From: Alphaproteobacteria bacterium
GTDB lineage: Bacteria; Pseudomonadota; Alphaproteobacteria; SP197
Length of the DNA: 64,000 nucleotides
Reading direction: 5' to 3'
Assembly (NCBI GenBank): GCA_965228895.1
Contig: OZ245842.1
Span: 3,328,001-3,392,000 of the forward strand
In this document: positions 1-8,150 of the stretch, piece by piece
How the letters are laid out: each line of letters begins with the position of its first letter
How positions within the stretch are numbered: position 1 is the stretch's first letter
The notes under the pieces: model-generated
The model's input: only the letters and a program-made list of their open reading frames with translations
Databases searched by the model: none
Told to the model about the DNA's origin: nothing
Made by a program: the position numbers and the translations under genes

Positions 1-1
1 T

Positions 2-1477
2 TAAGAGTTGCACGCCGTCGTGCACGCCGCCGTTCTGCAGCAGCGTCGCGATCCTGGCGACGTCGTGCACGTTCGGAAACACGCCGGCCGCCATGAACGG
101 AACGCCCGGCGACCCGTCCGTCTCGTGGGTGTGCGATTTCGGCAGGGTCATGACGCCGATCGGGTGCAGAACGTCGCGGGTCAGGCTTGCCCACAGCGAG
201 GCGTCCGGCCCTTCGTGCTGCTTGACCAGCGCATCCATGGCGGCGGCCAGAACGAAACTGTCCATGTTGCGGTAGCGGAACACCTCGCCCGGCCCCCAGT
301 CATAGTCGGAACCGGCAAACGCCGCATCCAGCTTGCCCGACGCGGTCTCGGCCTCCAGGAACGCGATCAACGTCGGCGCATCCTCATCCTCGGAATACCA
401 GATGCGGCTTTCGCGATCTGGGCCCGCCTCGCCGATGCCGCTTGCCATGCTTAGCAGATCGGCAAGGGTCACGTCGTCCCAGCCGTCGTGATCGGCGTTG
501 ACGTCCAGGATGTCCCTGACCTTCATGGCAAAGACTTCGTCGCCGTACTTCTCGGCGAGATAAAGCAGGCTCACCATGCCGGCCAGCGACTTGGTGACCG
601 AATAGACGCTGTGGCGCATCTCCTCGCAATAAGGAAAGTCGCCATAGTCAGTCTCGCAGACGCCAAGATAAAGCACACCGTCAAGCACCACACCGGTCGC
701 GCTGATCGGCACGTTGGTGTGCAGACCCTTCAGGCTGGCTAGCGCGCGCGGGCTCAACCCGTCTACCAATTCCGCGAGCGGTCTGACCGGCAGGCGCATC
801 GCGCGGTCGCGTTCGAAATCGGCAATCAGTCCTTCGGCGTTGTCGACGGTCTTCGGCAGATACGTCCCATCGATCCGGCCATAGGCGATGAACTCGTTGT
901 CGGGCGCGGTCTGCTGGACGACCTGGAACACGAGATCCGAGATCATCCCATCGTCAAAAACGAAGGTCGCGATGCCGTTATGCGCCTCGGCCATCCACTC
1001 GCCGCCGACCAGGGAGAAGGGGAACGACGCGCGCGACAGCCCGTCATCCAATGGCTCCGACCACACGCGCCCCGGCGACACGGCGAGGTGCCAGGGTACG
1101 GGCTCGCCGGTGCTGGCGATCAGATCGCCGCTGACCGGAATCAGATAATCGCCGTGGCTGATGAAGCTCAGCTCGAACGGTGGCGACCAGCCGTCAAACG
1201 GACCCTCGATATTGAAACCCTTTGTTGCCGTGCCCGGCAGAACCAGCGTGCCGGAAAACGCATGCAACGCCGGCCCCGCCTCACCGACGGCCATGAACCA
1301 GTCGTTGTGCACGGGTCCGTCCGGCTGGGCCGTGCCGTTGATCAGCATGGCGGCGGTCAGTTCGGTGCGCTCGTCGCCCGGCGGTTCGACATCGGCCAGG
1401 GCAAGGAGCGGTGCGACCGCGATCAGGATGACCGCCAGCAACGCTGGCGCAAGTCGTCGTGGAACACGCGGTGTCAT
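2..1477 (-). CDS. Secreted serine hydrolase, beta-lactamase class C/AmpC-like fold (3' end runs off the window)
   Basis: Manually translated from ATG at 1477 (absent from the ORF track because there is no stop in the window). Signal peptide MTPRVPRRLAPALLAVILIAVAPLLALA; SxxK motif (YSVTKS), LLSMASG and YxN motif (FRYRN). Confidence 0.8.
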   Translation of the reverse strand, partial: MTPRVPRRLAPALLAVILIAVAPLLALADVEPPGDERTELTAAMLINGTAQPDGPVHNDWFMAVGEAGPALHAFSGTLVLPGTATKGFNIEGPFDGWSPPFELSFISHGDYLIPVSGDLIASTGEPVPWHLAVSPGRVWSEPLDDGLSRASFPFSLVGGEWMAEAHNGIATFVFDDGMISDLVFQVVQQTAPDNEFIAYGRIDGTYLPKTVDNAEGLIADFERDRAMRLPVRPLAELVDGLSPRALASLKGLHTNVPISATGVVLDGVLYLGVCETDYGDFPYCEEMRHSVYSVTKSLAGMVSLLYLAEKYGDEVFAMKVRDILDVNADHDGWDDVTLADLLSMASGIGEAGPDRESRIWYSEDEDAPTLIAFLEAETASGKLDAAFAGSDYDWGPGEVFRYRNMDSFVLAAAMDALVKQHEGPDASLWASLTRDVLHPIGVMTLPKSHTHETDGSPGVPFMAAGVFPNVHDVARIATLLQNGGVHDGVQLL

Positions 1478-1614
1478 CGGCCCTACCCCTCTTGATTGTT
1501 GTCGAACGCTCTCCGTAACCGTTGTGTCTGCTTGATCGCGCGCGTCGCGAACGCTGGCGGATAATCTAGCCCAGGTGGTGCGCAAGCCCTATTGGCGACG
1601 CCACCGTCAGCAAA

Positions 1615-1643
1615 TTGCATACATTGTCATTGTATGTATGCAA
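1615..1643. promoter_or_regulatory. AT-rich inverted repeat, probable transcription-factor operator (GntR/FCD-like half-sites)
   Basis: Perfect 10-bp inverted repeat TTGCATACAT-N9-ATGTATGCAA in the intergenic region upstream of the serine hydrolase. Confidence 0.55.
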
Positions 1644-1710
1644 ACGATGACGAGTCAACCTAAACCGGTGCGCGCGGGCGTTTCCGCACCCCGTGAAACC
1701 CTACAAACGC

Positions 1711-2676
1711 TTAAGTTTCCTGCGCTTGCGCCTCTTTGGCCGGCACGCCATAGGCGGTCTTCAGGTCCGCCAGAGGTTCGTGGATATGGGCCCAGAAGTC
1801 CCAGTCCGGCGCGAAAACGTCGGTGGTCATCTGCTGGCCGCGCGACCACGCCTCCCAAAAGTGGACGGGATCGAGCGCGCCCTTGTGGGACCCCGCTGCC
1901 TCGATCAACTCAATGCCCAGATGCCAGCTGAACAGCACCGGCAGGATGTGACCGGACATCGGTTCAATGGGGTGCATGCCGGCGGTGAAGGTCGAGACCA
2001 AGATCTCGCCGGCATAGGTCGTGTTGTAGTCGCTCAAGAGATGCGTGGTGTCGTGGGGCACGGCGAAGATCGCATTAAGCGAGTTTTCCGCACCGGGAAA
2101 GGCAAAGCCGTGGGACGTGTACTGGTGCCAGAAGCCATGACCCAGCGTGACCTCCGGCAAGGCCTCCAGCGCGTGAAAACGCGCCTCCAGCGCCGGGTCG
2201 TTGTTGTCACCCTGGTAGGGCAGCAACCACGGCATGACGTCGCCCTCGTCCCACATCTTGTGCGTGATCGAGAGCATGTTGTGACGCACCATGTCCATGC
2301 CCGCCCAACGCAGATGACCGAGTGCCGCTTCGTTCATTTCCTTCAGGTAGGGTGCATCGAAACCGAGCGCTGCCGCATAGTCTTCGACCCGCTTGACCTT
2401 CATCTGATCGACGACACCATCAACAAACGCCATGACGGCGACAAAACCTATCGCGCGTCCACGCAGGTCGTCGCCCGTGACGGCACCTGCCAATTCGCCG
2501 GACGTCACAGCGTCCGCCACGTCGAGCGGCTTCGCCAAGCCAAAGAAAAAGTGGCCCGCCGCCGCGATCGCCGCGCGGTCGTCGTCGCTCGGCGCTCCGT
2601 TTTCGCCGGCGGACGCGACCGTCTTCATCGCGCCCAGAATGGCGCCGACCGCCTCTGGTGATGCATCGACCTTCAT
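1711..2676 (-). CDS. Conserved protein with TerB-like N-terminal part and Coq4-like C-terminal metal-binding domain
   Basis: ATG 2676 with GGGAGAG RBS; AFVDGVVD..AAALG segment; LPEVTLG followed by HDTTH-x11-E, the Coq4-type HDxxH-x11-E motif. Confidence 0.6.
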   Translation of the reverse strand: MKVDASPEAVGAILGAMKTVASAGENGAPSDDDRAAIAAAGHFFFGLAKPLDVADAVTSGELAGAVTGDDLRGRAIGFVAVMAFVDGVVDQMKVKRVEDYAAALGFDAPYLKEMNEAALGHLRWAGMDMVRHNMLSITHKMWDEGDVMPWLLPYQGDNNDPALEARFHALEALPEVTLGHGFWHQYTSHGFAFPGAENSLNAIFAVPHDTTHLLSDYNTTYAGEILVSTFTAGMHPIEPMSGHILPVLFSWHLGIELIEAAGSHKGALDPVHFWEAWSRGQQMTTDVFAPDWDFWAHIHEPLADLKTAYGVPAKEAQAQET

Positions 2677-2701
2677 GGTGCTCTCCCGTCCCCGCCCGCG
2701 C

Positions 2702-2853
2702 TTGGAGCGGATCATGGTGAGGTGGAACCGATTGACGGTTCCACCTCACCATGTGAATCCGCTCTCCATCTATCTCTCCACCTATGAGTAGAGCAGATTC
2801 ACCTGCCTTGATGGAGTCGCAAAGCAATTCCATCAAGGCAGGATCTGCTCTAG
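2702..2853. repeat. CIR/RIME/Bru-RS-like intergenic palindromic repeat, copy 1
   Basis: Two long stem-loops (CATGGTGAGGTGGAACCG/CGGTTCCACCTCACCATG and TAGAGCAGAT...ATCTGCTCTA), GANTC sites, and an end that overlaps the TAG stop of the doxDA-like gene. Homologous to 11105-11214. Confidence 0.85.
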
Positions 2854-3968
2854 CCGGCGAGCTCGGCGTCGGCGCTCCACGTCGCGCCGTTGATGGCTTC
2901 AAAACGTAACTCATAGGCGCCCGGCTGCAACGCCAACCCGCTTGCCGGTGCGGGCAGGGTGATCGTCGCGCGCGCGCCGGTCGACCCGCTGAAGCCGACG
3001 ACCTCGGTCTTAAAGTGTGCTGCCCAGACATAGGGGTAGACGTTTTGGATGGCGCTTTCCGGCAGCGCCGCCAGCGCCGCGCCGTCCCATGTCGCGACCA
3101 CGGTGCCACTTTTGTCCGTCAACGTCACGTCGACGACATAGGCAGCACCCGTATCGGGTCCGGCGTTGACATAGGCATCGAACGTCACGCTGCCGTTGTC
3201 GGCGAGCGCGACGTCGGTGAGCGCGATGTGATGGCGGTGAAAGCTGACCCGCGGATCAAGCGGCGACACCACCGCACCGAACAGGATGTGATAGGTGCCG
3301 ACCGTGAAAACCGCGCACACCAGCGCCAGCGCGATACCCGCCCGCCGTGTCGCCACGGGCGTCAACGCGCCGCTGGTCAGCCACACCAACCACAGCCGCC
3401 TGGCCTTCTCCACCGCGCGCGCGAACAGCACGTGATCCAGCGACAACCGTCCGCCGCCGGCGATCACCACCGCACCGCTCATGGCGACGCCGGAGACCGC
3501 CATGGTCCACTCGTCCAGACAGGTCGAACCCATCCAGCCGAAAATCACCATCAACGCGATGTTGAGACCGACACTGACCAGCGCCAGCCCGCGCGTGATG
3601 AGTCCGAAGATCAGGCCAAGCCCGACGATCAGCTCGGCGATCGTCCATGCCCACACGGACAGGTCGATCAGCGCGGGATTAGCCAACGACCACTCCAGCG
3701 GCTCCTGGATCCACAGCGCGCCGGGCAAGGCGTGCACCATCTTGTTGGCGACGAAGCCCGCGGACTCGAAGTCCAGCTTCACCGCAAAGTCGACACCGTG
3801 GATCTCATGGAAGTCATAGATCAACCGGCGGCTCGCGCCGCCCCAGAAGATGAACCCCTGGACCAGGCGCGCGCCCAACACCGTCAACGCGATCAGCGGA
3901 AACGCGCTCAACCAAATCAGCCTCGACCGGTCGCCTTCGTCATGAATCGCCCATTGCTGCATCGCCAT
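2850..3968 (-). CDS. doxDA: Thiosulfate:quinone oxidoreductase-like DoxD-DoxA fusion
   Basis: RLVQGFIFWGGASRR and GWMGSTCLDEW motifs of DoxD, several TM helices, and a soluble C-terminal DoxA-like domain. Confidence 0.75.
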   Translation of the reverse strand: MAMQQWAIHDEGDRSRLIWLSAFPLIALTVLGARLVQGFIFWGGASRRLIYDFHEIHGVDFAVKLDFESAGFVANKMVHALPGALWIQEPLEWSLANPALIDLSVWAWTIAELIVGLGLIFGLITRGLALVSVGLNIALMVIFGWMGSTCLDEWTMAVSGVAMSGAVVIAGGGRLSLDHVLFARAVEKARRLWLVWLTSGALTPVATRRAGIALALVCAVFTVGTYHILFGAVVSPLDPRVSFHRHHIALTDVALADNGSVTFDAYVNAGPDTGAAYVVDVTLTDKSGTVVATWDGAALAALPESAIQNVYPYVWAAHFKTEVVGFSGSTGARATITLPAPASGLALQPGAYELRFEAINGATWSADAELAG

Positions 3969-4075
3969 CGCCTGGTCCCCTCCTCGGTGTGGCTATGGCG
4001 GACAGTATGCCTCAGCGGAGACGCGGGGGACACGGATAGGTGGTCAAGCTGGCCATCTCCATCCCGCGCCGATCA

Positions 4076-4999
4076 TCAACCAAACGACGCTAGTCTGTGG
4101 ATCGGTCCGTTCAGCACGTGATTGACCCAGCCCCAGCGCATCGCGATCCTGCTTTCGTCCTGCTCCTCGAACGCGTGGCCCAAGGCCTCGAAGGCGCTGA
4201 CGATGTGATAGAGCAGGATGCGATGAGGCGACGGCTCGGCCTTCGCGGTCCGGGCGTAACGTGCGAGTGCACGCTTCTCGAAATCGCTGCCGAACGAGGA
4301 GAAATAGCGGAGATCCATGTTGCGGTCGTCGATGCCGACATCCTCGAAGTCGAAGATCGCGTTCAGCGCGCCGGTTGTCTCATCCACCGCGAAGTTGCCG
4401 GCCCAGGGATCGCCATGAACGACAACGAGATCATGATCCGGCACCGCGACGTCGCGGTAGTGGCTGAGCGTCAGGTCCAAGCCATCTCGCACACGCGGAT
4501 CGTCCAGCCGGCCTGCCAGCATGTCCGCCAACGCGTCGGCGCTGGGGAGAATGTTGACGCGCTTCAGCCCGAGCTCGCGGCGTTCGCCTTCCGAAAACGC
4601 GGTGTGAATCTCGGCGAACGTCCGGCCGAGGTCATCGGCCAAGCGGACGCCTAGCGCGGAGGCACCGATCTCCGGCTCCGGTCCGCCGCCGACCTGCATG
4701 CCGGCGATCTTCCGTCGGACCTGAATGGCGTCGTCGTCGCTGAAAAAGATGATGGGCGGCACCTGGACCGAGAGCCGCTCGGCGAGACGTCCCAGGACCC
4801 GTCGTTCACGGCCAAGCCGCTGAGTGGCTTCTTCGCTGTCGGCGACCAGCACCATAAGGTCGTCCGGCAGATGAGCGATCCAACGCCACCAACGAAACGA
4901 GAGTTGGATGTCGGACGGCGCGACGTCGATCGCAAAATTGTCACCGAGTTCCCTTGCCAACCAGTCTTCGGTGACTGTTACATCGCGATCGTTGGCCAC
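4076..4999 (-). CDS. Aminoglycoside phosphotransferase/choline kinase-like family protein
   Basis: HGDPWAGN (Brenner) and IFDFED motifs; GTG 4999 with AAGGAGG RBS. Confidence 0.8.
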   Translation of the reverse strand: MANDRDVTVTEDWLARELGDNFAIDVAPSDIQLSFRWWRWIAHLPDDLMVLVADSEEATQRLGRERRVLGRLAERLSVQVPPIIFFSDDDAIQVRRKIAGMQVGGGPEPEIGASALGVRLADDLGRTFAEIHTAFSEGERRELGLKRVNILPSADALADMLAGRLDDPRVRDGLDLTLSHYRDVAVPDHDLVVVHGDPWAGNFAVDETTGALNAIFDFEDVGIDDRNMDLRYFSSFGSDFEKRALARYARTAKAEPSPHRILLYHIVSAFEALGHAFEEQDESRIAMRWGWVNHVLNGPIHRLASFG

Positions 5000-5072
5000 A
5001 ACCGCCTCCTTGGAGGTTGCACGGAGTCTATCGCGCCAGCCGACCGGCGTCACGACGGCCGCGAACGCTACC

Positions 5073-5471
5073 CTACCCCGCCTTGCGTTCGTTCAGCACC
5101 GCCGCGGTCTTCAAGAGCGCCTCCATCAGACGCCGCTGCGCGGTCCTGGGATCGCAGCCGGCGATGGCGCCGATCTTCCACCAGGGCGTCCGGTTGGCGC
5201 GCGCCCAGGCGATGCGCGCGTCGTCGTCGTCCATCAGCTGCAGCCACGGGATCGCCTCATCCATGGCGTCGATGTCCCGGGGCGACGGCGTGATGCGGAT
5301 GCGCCCAACGCCGGCATAGCCATAGGCCTCCTGGGCGGCGTGCACGTAATCCGGCCAGTGGCTGCGGTGTTCGTGCGGGCCTTTGACCGCGGGCAGACGG
5401 CGCAGCGTGCGCGCCGCTTCACTCAGACGTTCCATGATCTCGGCGGCGGTGATGTCGTCGGGATGGGTCAT
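5073..5471 (-). CDS. Phage DUF6362-like protein (helical C-terminus resembling late-transcription regulators)
   Basis: ERLSEAARTLRRLP..SHWP..PSPRDIDAMDEAIPWL..IAWARA..PWWKI. ATG overlaps the TGA of the replication gene (ATGA). Confidence 0.7.
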   Translation of the reverse strand: MTHPDDITAAEIMERLSEAARTLRRLPAVKGPHEHRSHWPDYVHAAQEAYGYAGVGRIRITPSPRDIDAMDEAIPWLQLMDDDDARIAWARANRTPWWKIGAIAGCDPRTAQRRLMEALLKTAAVLNERKAG

Positions 5472-6415
5472 CCGTTCTCCACGGGTTTGTCTTGGGCGTT
5501 GGCAAACACCACGTCGGCGCCCCAGCGTTTGCGCAGCTTGGCCTCGATCGATGGCCCCGGCGGCGGGCCGGTCAGCGTCAGCGGCGCATACCCGACCGCC
5601 TCCAGGGGCGCGATCACCTCGCGGAACGTCTTGATGTTGCGCACGTCCTTTCGCATCAGCGCCTTCACCGCCATCCAACGCTCGGCGGGCGAGAGCGGCG
5701 GCGGTTCGGTTTCCGTGCGGCCGTCTTTTTCGGCAAAGCTTTGGGCGCGACGCAGCCACGCCTTCAGCCCGGCGCGCGGATCGGCCCAGCGCCGGCCGTT
5801 GGCGCGACTGTGATCGCAAAACTTTTCGATCTCCAGTTTCAGGTCAGCGTTGGGTGCCGCCGCCTTCGCCCAGTCGTGAAACGCCGGGTCGTCGGCGAGC
5901 GCGCCGAGCCCCGCCAATCCGTCATCACAAAAAGGGGGCGGGCCCTCCTCTTTTGGACTCTTGCTTTGTGGAGTCTGGGGTTCTGGACTCTGGGCTTCTG
6001 GATTATGGGTCTTAAGCGCCGTCCGATCGTCCCCATCGCTCACCTGTTTAGCCGCCGCCAGTTTGGGGTTGCCGCCCTTCTTGCCGTTGGCGCGCGCGGC
6101 GCGCAGGCGCCGGGCGTCGCGGATCATGCGCCGCGAAAAGACGGTGCCCTGTCTGTTGCGCGAGAAGACGCCGGCGGCCTCCAGCTCGCCCATCAGGTCA
6201 CCGATGCGCGCCTCGGCCATGCCGGTCAGCTTGGCGAGGTGGCTCGCGTCCAGCGCGCGGCCGTTGATCGTCAGGTAGCCGTACGGCTCGGCCTCGTGCA
6301 TCAGGCACAGGCACTCGATCCACAAGCCGCGCGCCTCCAACGAACAGATGCGCAGGGCCTGGTCGCCACGCCAGTCGGTCGGAAAGAACTTCATCCACGG
6401 TTGTGCCGCCGTCAT
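5468..6415 (-). CDS. Phage replication initiator-like protein (N-terminal wHTH, YdaU/DUF1376-like)
   Basis: PWMKFFPTDW..LRICSLEARGLWI..CLMHE..GVFSR..SRRMIRD..NGKKGGNP, followed by a low-complexity linker. Confidence 0.75.
   Translation of the reverse strand: MTAAQPWMKFFPTDWRGDQALRICSLEARGLWIECLCLMHEAEPYGYLTINGRALDASHLAKLTGMAEARIGDLMGELEAAGVFSRNRQGTVFSRRMIRDARRLRAARANGKKGGNPKLAAAKQVSDGDDRTALKTHNPEAQSPEPQTPQSKSPKEEGPPPFCDDGLAGLGALADDPAFHDWAKAAAPNADLKLEIEKFCDHSRANGRRWADPRAGLKAWLRRAQSFAEKDGRTETEPPPLSPAERWMAVKALMRKDVRNIKTFREVIAPLEAVGYAPLTLTGPPPGPSIEAKLRKRWGADVVFANAQDKPVENG
5954..6001. repeat. Iteron-like short repeats inside the replication gene (putative phage origin)
   Basis: TCTGG at 5974, 5982, 5989 and 5997 (7-8 bp period), plus TGGACTCT twice. 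Confidence 0.45.
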
Positions 6416-6717
6416 TTGGTCACCCCTTCCAGGTGACCCATGTCGCGCAGGTTATCCTTGCAGTGGCCGCACAGCCGGTTGCCGATGCCCTCGCTGCGGA
6501 ACAGACGCCGGCATGACAGGCATTTGCGTTTCGACGTCGCCGTCACCGACGGCCGCCGCGCCGGGCGTGGCGCCGGCTGGTTCTTCTTGAAGCGTTGGAT
6601 CTTGCGCGTGACCGATCCGGTGCTGCGCCTCAACTCTCTCGCGATGACCTTGACCGGCGTGCCGCGCGCCAGCAACCGCTCCAGGTGTTGAACTTCCTGA
6701 TCGTCCCAGTGTGGCAT
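6412..6717 (-). CDS. GcrA-like HTH protein with C-terminal C4 zinc finger
   Basis: MPHWDDQEVQHLERLLARG..IARELRRS..SVTRK resembles the GcrA N-terminus; CLSC-x13-CGHC. ATGA overlap with the replication gene. Confidence 0.65.
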   Translation of the reverse strand: MPHWDDQEVQHLERLLARGTPVKVIARELRRSTGSVTRKIQRFKKNQPAPRPARRPSVTATSKRKCLSCRRLFRSEGIGNRLCGHCKDNLRDMGHLEGVTK

Positions 6718-6800
6718 GGTGGTTTCGTTCCCATGAAGTCGCCCCCCGCCAGTTGCGGTCGCAAGGGTCCCCTGCCCGATTGCTTTTCTTATGAAGATGA

Positions 6801-6846
6801 GACGGCTGCCGGCCGGGAGGGGTAGTGGAGGCAACCGGCAGCCGTC
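6801..6846 (-). other. Strong intergenic hairpin with CCUCC-rich loop (possible sRNA or cis-regulatory RNA)
   Basis: 12-bp perfect stem GACGGCTGCCGG/CCGGCAGCCGTC; minus-strand loop UUGCCUCCACUACCCCUCCCGG. Confidence 0.5.
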
Positions 6847-6863
6847 CCTTAGGCGCGGCAGTT

Positions 6864-7262
6864 CTAACTGGGCCCGGAGCCACCCGCCCGGAGGCTCAAT
6901 CGACCGTCCGTCGCCTTCGTGCTGCGCCTGCGGAAGAACCCCGCGCGCGGCACCACGAGAACCTTGGCCTTGCGGCCCGACGCGTTCGCCCGCCGTGAGC
7001 CACTGTCGACGATGCGCCCACGACGGATCAGCTCCGAGCAACGCGGCCTGACCGTCAGCACCGAGAGACCCAGTCGCGTCGCCACCTCATCGGGCGTCAG
7101 ACCGTCGGAGAACCACAGGCAGTCGAACACCCGCTCCCTGATGGTCGCGATACCGACCTTGTCGGCGGCCTGCCGGCCGGCTCGCTCAGCCGCGGGATTG
7201 CTGGATTCCGATGGATCGGGGGTGAACCCCGGGGTTAAGGCTGGGCTGGTGTGTTGCGTCAT
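6864..7262 (-). CDS. Phage winged-helix DNA-binding protein (in the cro position)
   Basis: GLTPDEVATRLGLSVLTVRPRCSELIRRGRIVDSGSRR..SGRKAKV; divergent from the repressor. Confidence 0.75.
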   Translation of the reverse strand: MTQHTSPALTPGFTPDPSESSNPAAERAGRQAADKVGIATIRERVFDCLWFSDGLTPDEVATRLGLSVLTVRPRCSELIRRGRIVDSGSRRANASGRKAKVLVVPRAGFFRRRSTKATDGRLSLRAGGSGPS

Positions 7263-7275
7263 GATTCCCTATGTG

Positions 7276-7325
7276 ATAGGAATTACCCTATTGCGTCAAG
7301 GCCAAAACCTAGTCGCAATTCCTAT
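7276..7325. promoter_or_regulatory. Repressor operator cluster and leftward -35 element
   Basis: ATAGGAATTACCCTAT (7276-7291); degenerate CAAGGCCAAAACCTAG (7297-7312) and TAGTCGCAATTCCTAT (7310-7325); minus-strand TTGACG at 7299-7294. The -10 element is unclear. Confidence 0.7.
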
Positions 7326-7346
7326 TCACCAGAGCGACACTCAATC

Positions 7347-8054
7347 ATGGCCGAAACCCCACGGGAGCTGATCAAGCGGCTGGTCGAGGCGCGCGACAAC
7401 TTGACGCTTGCCGACCTGTCGCGCGCGCTAGGCCTGAACCACGCCTACTTCCAGCAATACGTCTCCGGGCGCTCGCCGAAGAAGGGCCTGCCCGAGGACG
7501 TGCGCGAGGGCGCGGCCCACCTGCTGGGCATCGATCCCGACCGGCTGCGCGAGAGCCAGCGGCTGCCGGTTGGCTTGGCGCAGGACGGCGAACACGCGCG
7601 AGCAGTGTCGGTGGTCACACAATCAACAAGAAGTGGCCCACCTAGCGGCGCAGTCTCGGTAGAGTATGGTTCTCGCGATTTCCCGATATACGGGTCGTCC
7701 CAAGCCGGCAATGAAGGGCAAGTTGTCGACTATGACCATGTCGTCGAATACCGCCACAGGCCGCCGGAGCTCATCGGCGTGAACGGCGCGTGGGGCATGT
7801 ATGTGGTCGGCGACAGCATGGAGCCCCGCTACTTCCACGGCGACCGTGTCCACGTGAACCCGCACAAGCCGGTCCGCGCGGGCCGCTTCGTCGTCATCGT
7901 GCGCCACGACAACACGGCGCTCGTCAAACAGTTCGTCGCCAAGAACGACAGCCGTTTCAAGCTGCGCCAACTGAACCCCAAGCGCGATATCGAAATCCCC
8001 GCTGACGAGGTTCAGGGCTGCTTTCTGATTGTCGGCGCGACCGACGCCGATTAG
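7347..8054 (+). CDS. CI/LexA-like repressor (HTH + S24 autopeptidase)
   Basis: N-terminal HTH (LADLSRALGLNHAYFQQY), Ala-Gly cleavage site (SQAG), catalytic Ser in VGDSMEP and Lys in ALVKQF. Confidence 0.9.
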   Translation: MAETPRELIKRLVEARDNLTLADLSRALGLNHAYFQQYVSGRSPKKGLPEDVREGAAHLLGIDPDRLRESQRLPVGLAQDGEHARAVSVVTQSTRSGPPSGAVSVEYGSRDFPIYGSSQAGNEGQVVDYDHVVEYRHRPPELIGVNGAWGMYVVGDSMEPRYFHGDRVHVNPHKPVRAGRFVVIVRHDNTALVKQFVAKNDSRFKLRQLNPKRDIEIPADEVQGCFLIVGATDAD

Positions 8055-8089
8055 CCCACAGCACTTGGCAAGTCGTAGGCTGTGGCCGC

Positions 8090-8119
8090 TTGACAAATAG
8101 GGTAAAACCTATCTACAAT
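8090..8119 (+). promoter_or_regulatory. Near-consensus sigma70 promoter with a repressor operator in the spacer
   Basis: TTGACA (8090-8095)-N18-TACAAT (8114-8119); operator ATAGGGTAAAACCTAT at 8097-8112. Confidence 0.8.
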
Positions 8120-8150
8120 CTCCCGCTAACGAGGACGTAGGGAGATCGCC

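Noticed and set aside
2-1477. True beta-lactamase
   Set aside because: SxxK/YxN motifs are shared by many esterases and amidases, and the protein has a large extra N-terminal region.
2702-2853. CRISPR array or tRNA
   Set aside because: No repeat-spacer periodicity and no cloverleaf; better explained as a CIR/RIME-like repeat.
4076-4999. Aminoglycoside resistance gene
   Set aside because: Only the generic APH/kinase fold motifs are visible; the substrate cannot be inferred.
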